Assembly (NCBI GenBank): GCA_965237955.1
Contig: OZ250169.1
Span: forward strand, 1-64,000
Origin: Candidatus Marinacidobacterales bacterium
GTDB lineage: Bacteria > Acidobacteriota > Vicinamibacteria > Marinacidobacterales > SMYC01
Direction: 5' to 3'
DNA: 64,000 bases
Below the pieces are notes generated by a model. That model saw only the letters and a list, made by a program, of their open reading frames with translations, had not been told where the DNA came from and did no database searches. Every line of letters begins with the position of its first letter. The stretch's first letter is position 1. Below, in pieces: positions 61,493 to 64,000 of this stretch. A program made the position numbers and the translations under genes.

Positions 61493-64000
61493 ATGAAGGC
61501 GCGTCGGCAATATTGGGCAGGGTTTCTGGCTCTCGCGATCTTTTTCACGCTTGCTTCCGTCTCCCCGCTTGTCGCCCAGGGAAGCTCGAGCGACTATGAG
61601 GAGAACGAGGCGAACGTGACGGTCTCGCCCTCGCTGCTCGAGGGCATGAAGTTTCGCTCGATCAACTTCTCGCGAGGCGGGCGCGCCACTGCGGTGGCGG
61701 GCGTTCGCGGCCAGCCGCTAATCTACTACCTGGGCGCTGGCGGCGGCGGTGTGTGGAAGACAACCGATGGCGGGAATCATTGGCAGAACGTCTCCGATGG
61801 CTTCTTCGGCGTGGGCTCGGTGGGAGCCATCGCGGTGGCGGAATCCGACCCCAATGTCGTGTACGTCGGCACCGGATCGGCTTGTCCGCGCGGGAACGTC
61901 TCGGTGGGCGGCGGTATCTATAGGTCGTCGAACGGCGAGAAGACCTGGAAGCACGTGGGATTGCGGCAGGCGGGACAGATTGGAAAGATTCGCATCCATC
62001 CCCGGAACCCCGACCTGGTCTACGTTGCGGTGCTGGGACACATTTTCGGGCCGAACGAAGAGCGAGGAGTGTTTCGTTCCCAAGACGGCGGGGAGACCTG
62101 GGAGAAGGTGCTTTTCCTCAGCGACCGCACCGGCTTCGTCGATCTTTCCATGGACGTGACCAATCCACGCATCCTTTATGCCGGGGCCTGGCGGGCGGAG
62201 CGCAAGCCTTGGACGATGATCTCGGGAAGCGAAGACGGGGGCATTTTCAAGACCACGGACGGCGGAGACAACTGGAAACGGCTCCGAAGGCGGCCTTCCC
62301 ACCGGCCTGATAGGCAAGACATCCGTGGCGGTTTCGCCCGCCAACCCGAATCGTGTATGGGTCTTGATCGAGGCGAAAGGAGACAAGGGCGGCGTTTACC
62401 GGACGGATGATGGGGGCGATAGCTGGCGCCGCGTCAACGCCAGTTGGAATCTGCGCCAGCGCCCCTGGTACTACATTCATATCTTCGCCGACCCCAAGGA
62501 CGAGAACACGGTCTATGTGCTGAACGCCCGCGTTTACAAATCGATCGACGGCGCAAAGACCTTCGAGATCCAGATCGACACTCCGCACGGGGACAATCAC
62601 GACCTATGGATCAATCCCGATGACCCGAAGATTATGATCAACTCCAACGATGGGGGCTCGAACGTCTCTTTCAACGGAGGGGAGTCCTGGTCCTGGCAGA
62701 TGAACCAGCCGACGGCGGAGATCTATCGGGTGTTCGTGGATAATCAATGGCCTTACCGTGTGTACGGCGCTCAGCAGGACAACACTACCGTCTCCGTGCC
62801 CAGCCACGGTCTCGCTGCTTGGAACCGGCTGCCTCCGGACTGGTATCAGGTCGGCGGGTGTGAAAGCGGTCACATCGCCATCGATCCCCGGGACCCGAAC
62901 ATTATTTACGCCGGCTGCCACTCGGGCAGGATCACACGCATCAACCGGGTGGCGGGGAAGTACCGCCAGATTCTTACCTACCCGCAGATACCGCGCGGCG
63001 AGGCGGCGCGAGACCTCAAGTACCGCTTCCAGTGGAATGCGCCGATACGTCTCTCACCCCACGACCCCGACGTTGTCTACCATGCTTCTCAAGTGATCCA
63101 TCGTTCCAAGGACGACGGTCAGAGCTGGGAAGTGATCAGCCCCGATCTGACGACGAACAACCCCGAGCACCAGGACTATGCAGGAGGTCCGATCACCCAC
63201 GACGGCACGGGAGTAGAGGTCTACAACACGATCTTCGCTTTCGAGGAATCACCGCACCAGGCGGGTCTTCTGTGGGCAGGAAGCGACGACGGAAAGGTCC
63301 ACCTATCCCGCGACAACGGCGCCAACTGGAAGGAGGTGACGCCGAAAGACATGCCGCAGGGCGGGACGGTCAACGTGATCGATCTGTCGGCGCACGGCGC
63401 CGGCCGTGCGCACATTGCTGTTTACCGCTATCGCGAAAACGATTTCCGGCCCTACATCTTCCAGACCAACAACTTCGGAGAGAGCTGGAAGCTCTTGACG
63501 GACGGCACGAACGGGATCCCGGCCACGCACTTCACGAGAGCGATCCGAGAGGATCCAGACCGCCGGGGGCTCCTCTACGCGGGGACGGAGTTCAGTCTGT
63601 ATATCTCCTTCGACGACGGAGCGCACTGGCAGCGCTTCCAGAACAACCTGCCGGTGACACCGGTGACGGACCTTCGGGTTCATCGCAAGGATCTGGTCGT
63701 CTCTACACAGGGCCGAGCGTTTTGGATCCTGGACGATGTGGCGCCGCTCCACCAGATCACGGACGAAGTGCAGAAGGCGGATATGTATCTGTTCGAGCCG
63801 CGGGTGGCCTATCGAGGCGGCTATCAGGGCGTGCACGGATCAACTACTACGTCGGGAAGATGCCGGAAGGAGAGGTGACGCTTCAGATCCTGGACGAGAG
63901 CGGCGAGCTCCTGCGCACGTTCAAGGGTACGCCAGGAAAACAGGCGGATTCTGCGGCCTTGGTCGGCGGGGATGGAGCGAGCGAGCTTCCGGTCGCGGAG
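61493..64000 (+). pseudogene. VPS10/BNR paralogue B with frameshifts near 62284 and 63830, runs off the window
   Basis: Near-identical to 42645 onward; +1 C and -1 G relative to paralogue A. Confidence 0.8.

Noticed and set aside
42645-64000. Diversity-generating retroelement (template/variable repeat) explanation for the VPS10 or NHL duplicates
   Set aside because: Differences are not adenine-specific, span whole genes, and no reverse transcriptase is in the window.

Overview
High-GC bacterial window; the Oar-like TonB receptor, repeated VPS10/BNR propellers and GTAG-type REP suggest an Acidobacteria-like host (inference). Bases 1-10,850 are a decaying flagellar-regulon neighbourhood: GGDEF end, sigma54-preceded methyltransferase-TPR gene, three sigma28-type promoters, motAB, a broken fliK and a truncated fliJ. 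The rest is an IS-saturated accessory island of mostly exported hydrolases and propeller proteins (4 VPS10/BNR, 2 NHL, TolB-like, M61/M28/M14/S9 peptidases, amidase, creatininase, GH29 fucosidase, TonB receptor). Mobile DNA includes an IS630, three 1,087-bp IS5-family copies, three IS256, IS21, IS3, ISL3 and IS91 remnants, an rve transposase, a tyrosine recombinase fragment and a group II intron 3' remnant. The best-supported unusual signals are: (1) a 129-bp MITE whose two ends mirror the resident IS630, sitting inside that IS630's own transposase and again behind a sigma54 promoter; (2) the IS630 inserted between a sigma28 promoter and motAB; (3) a 5.5-kb inversion between inverted IS5 copies, shown by a split 9-bp target duplication; (4) orphan IS91 oriIS-like ends at cargo junctions; (5) a highly structured, terminator-ended non-coding region upstream of ISL3; (6) an amidase followed by a separate Tat-signal small subunit. 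No CRISPR array, rRNA or tRNA was seen. Family calls come from motif recognition only, and single-base frameshifts could be sequencing errors.
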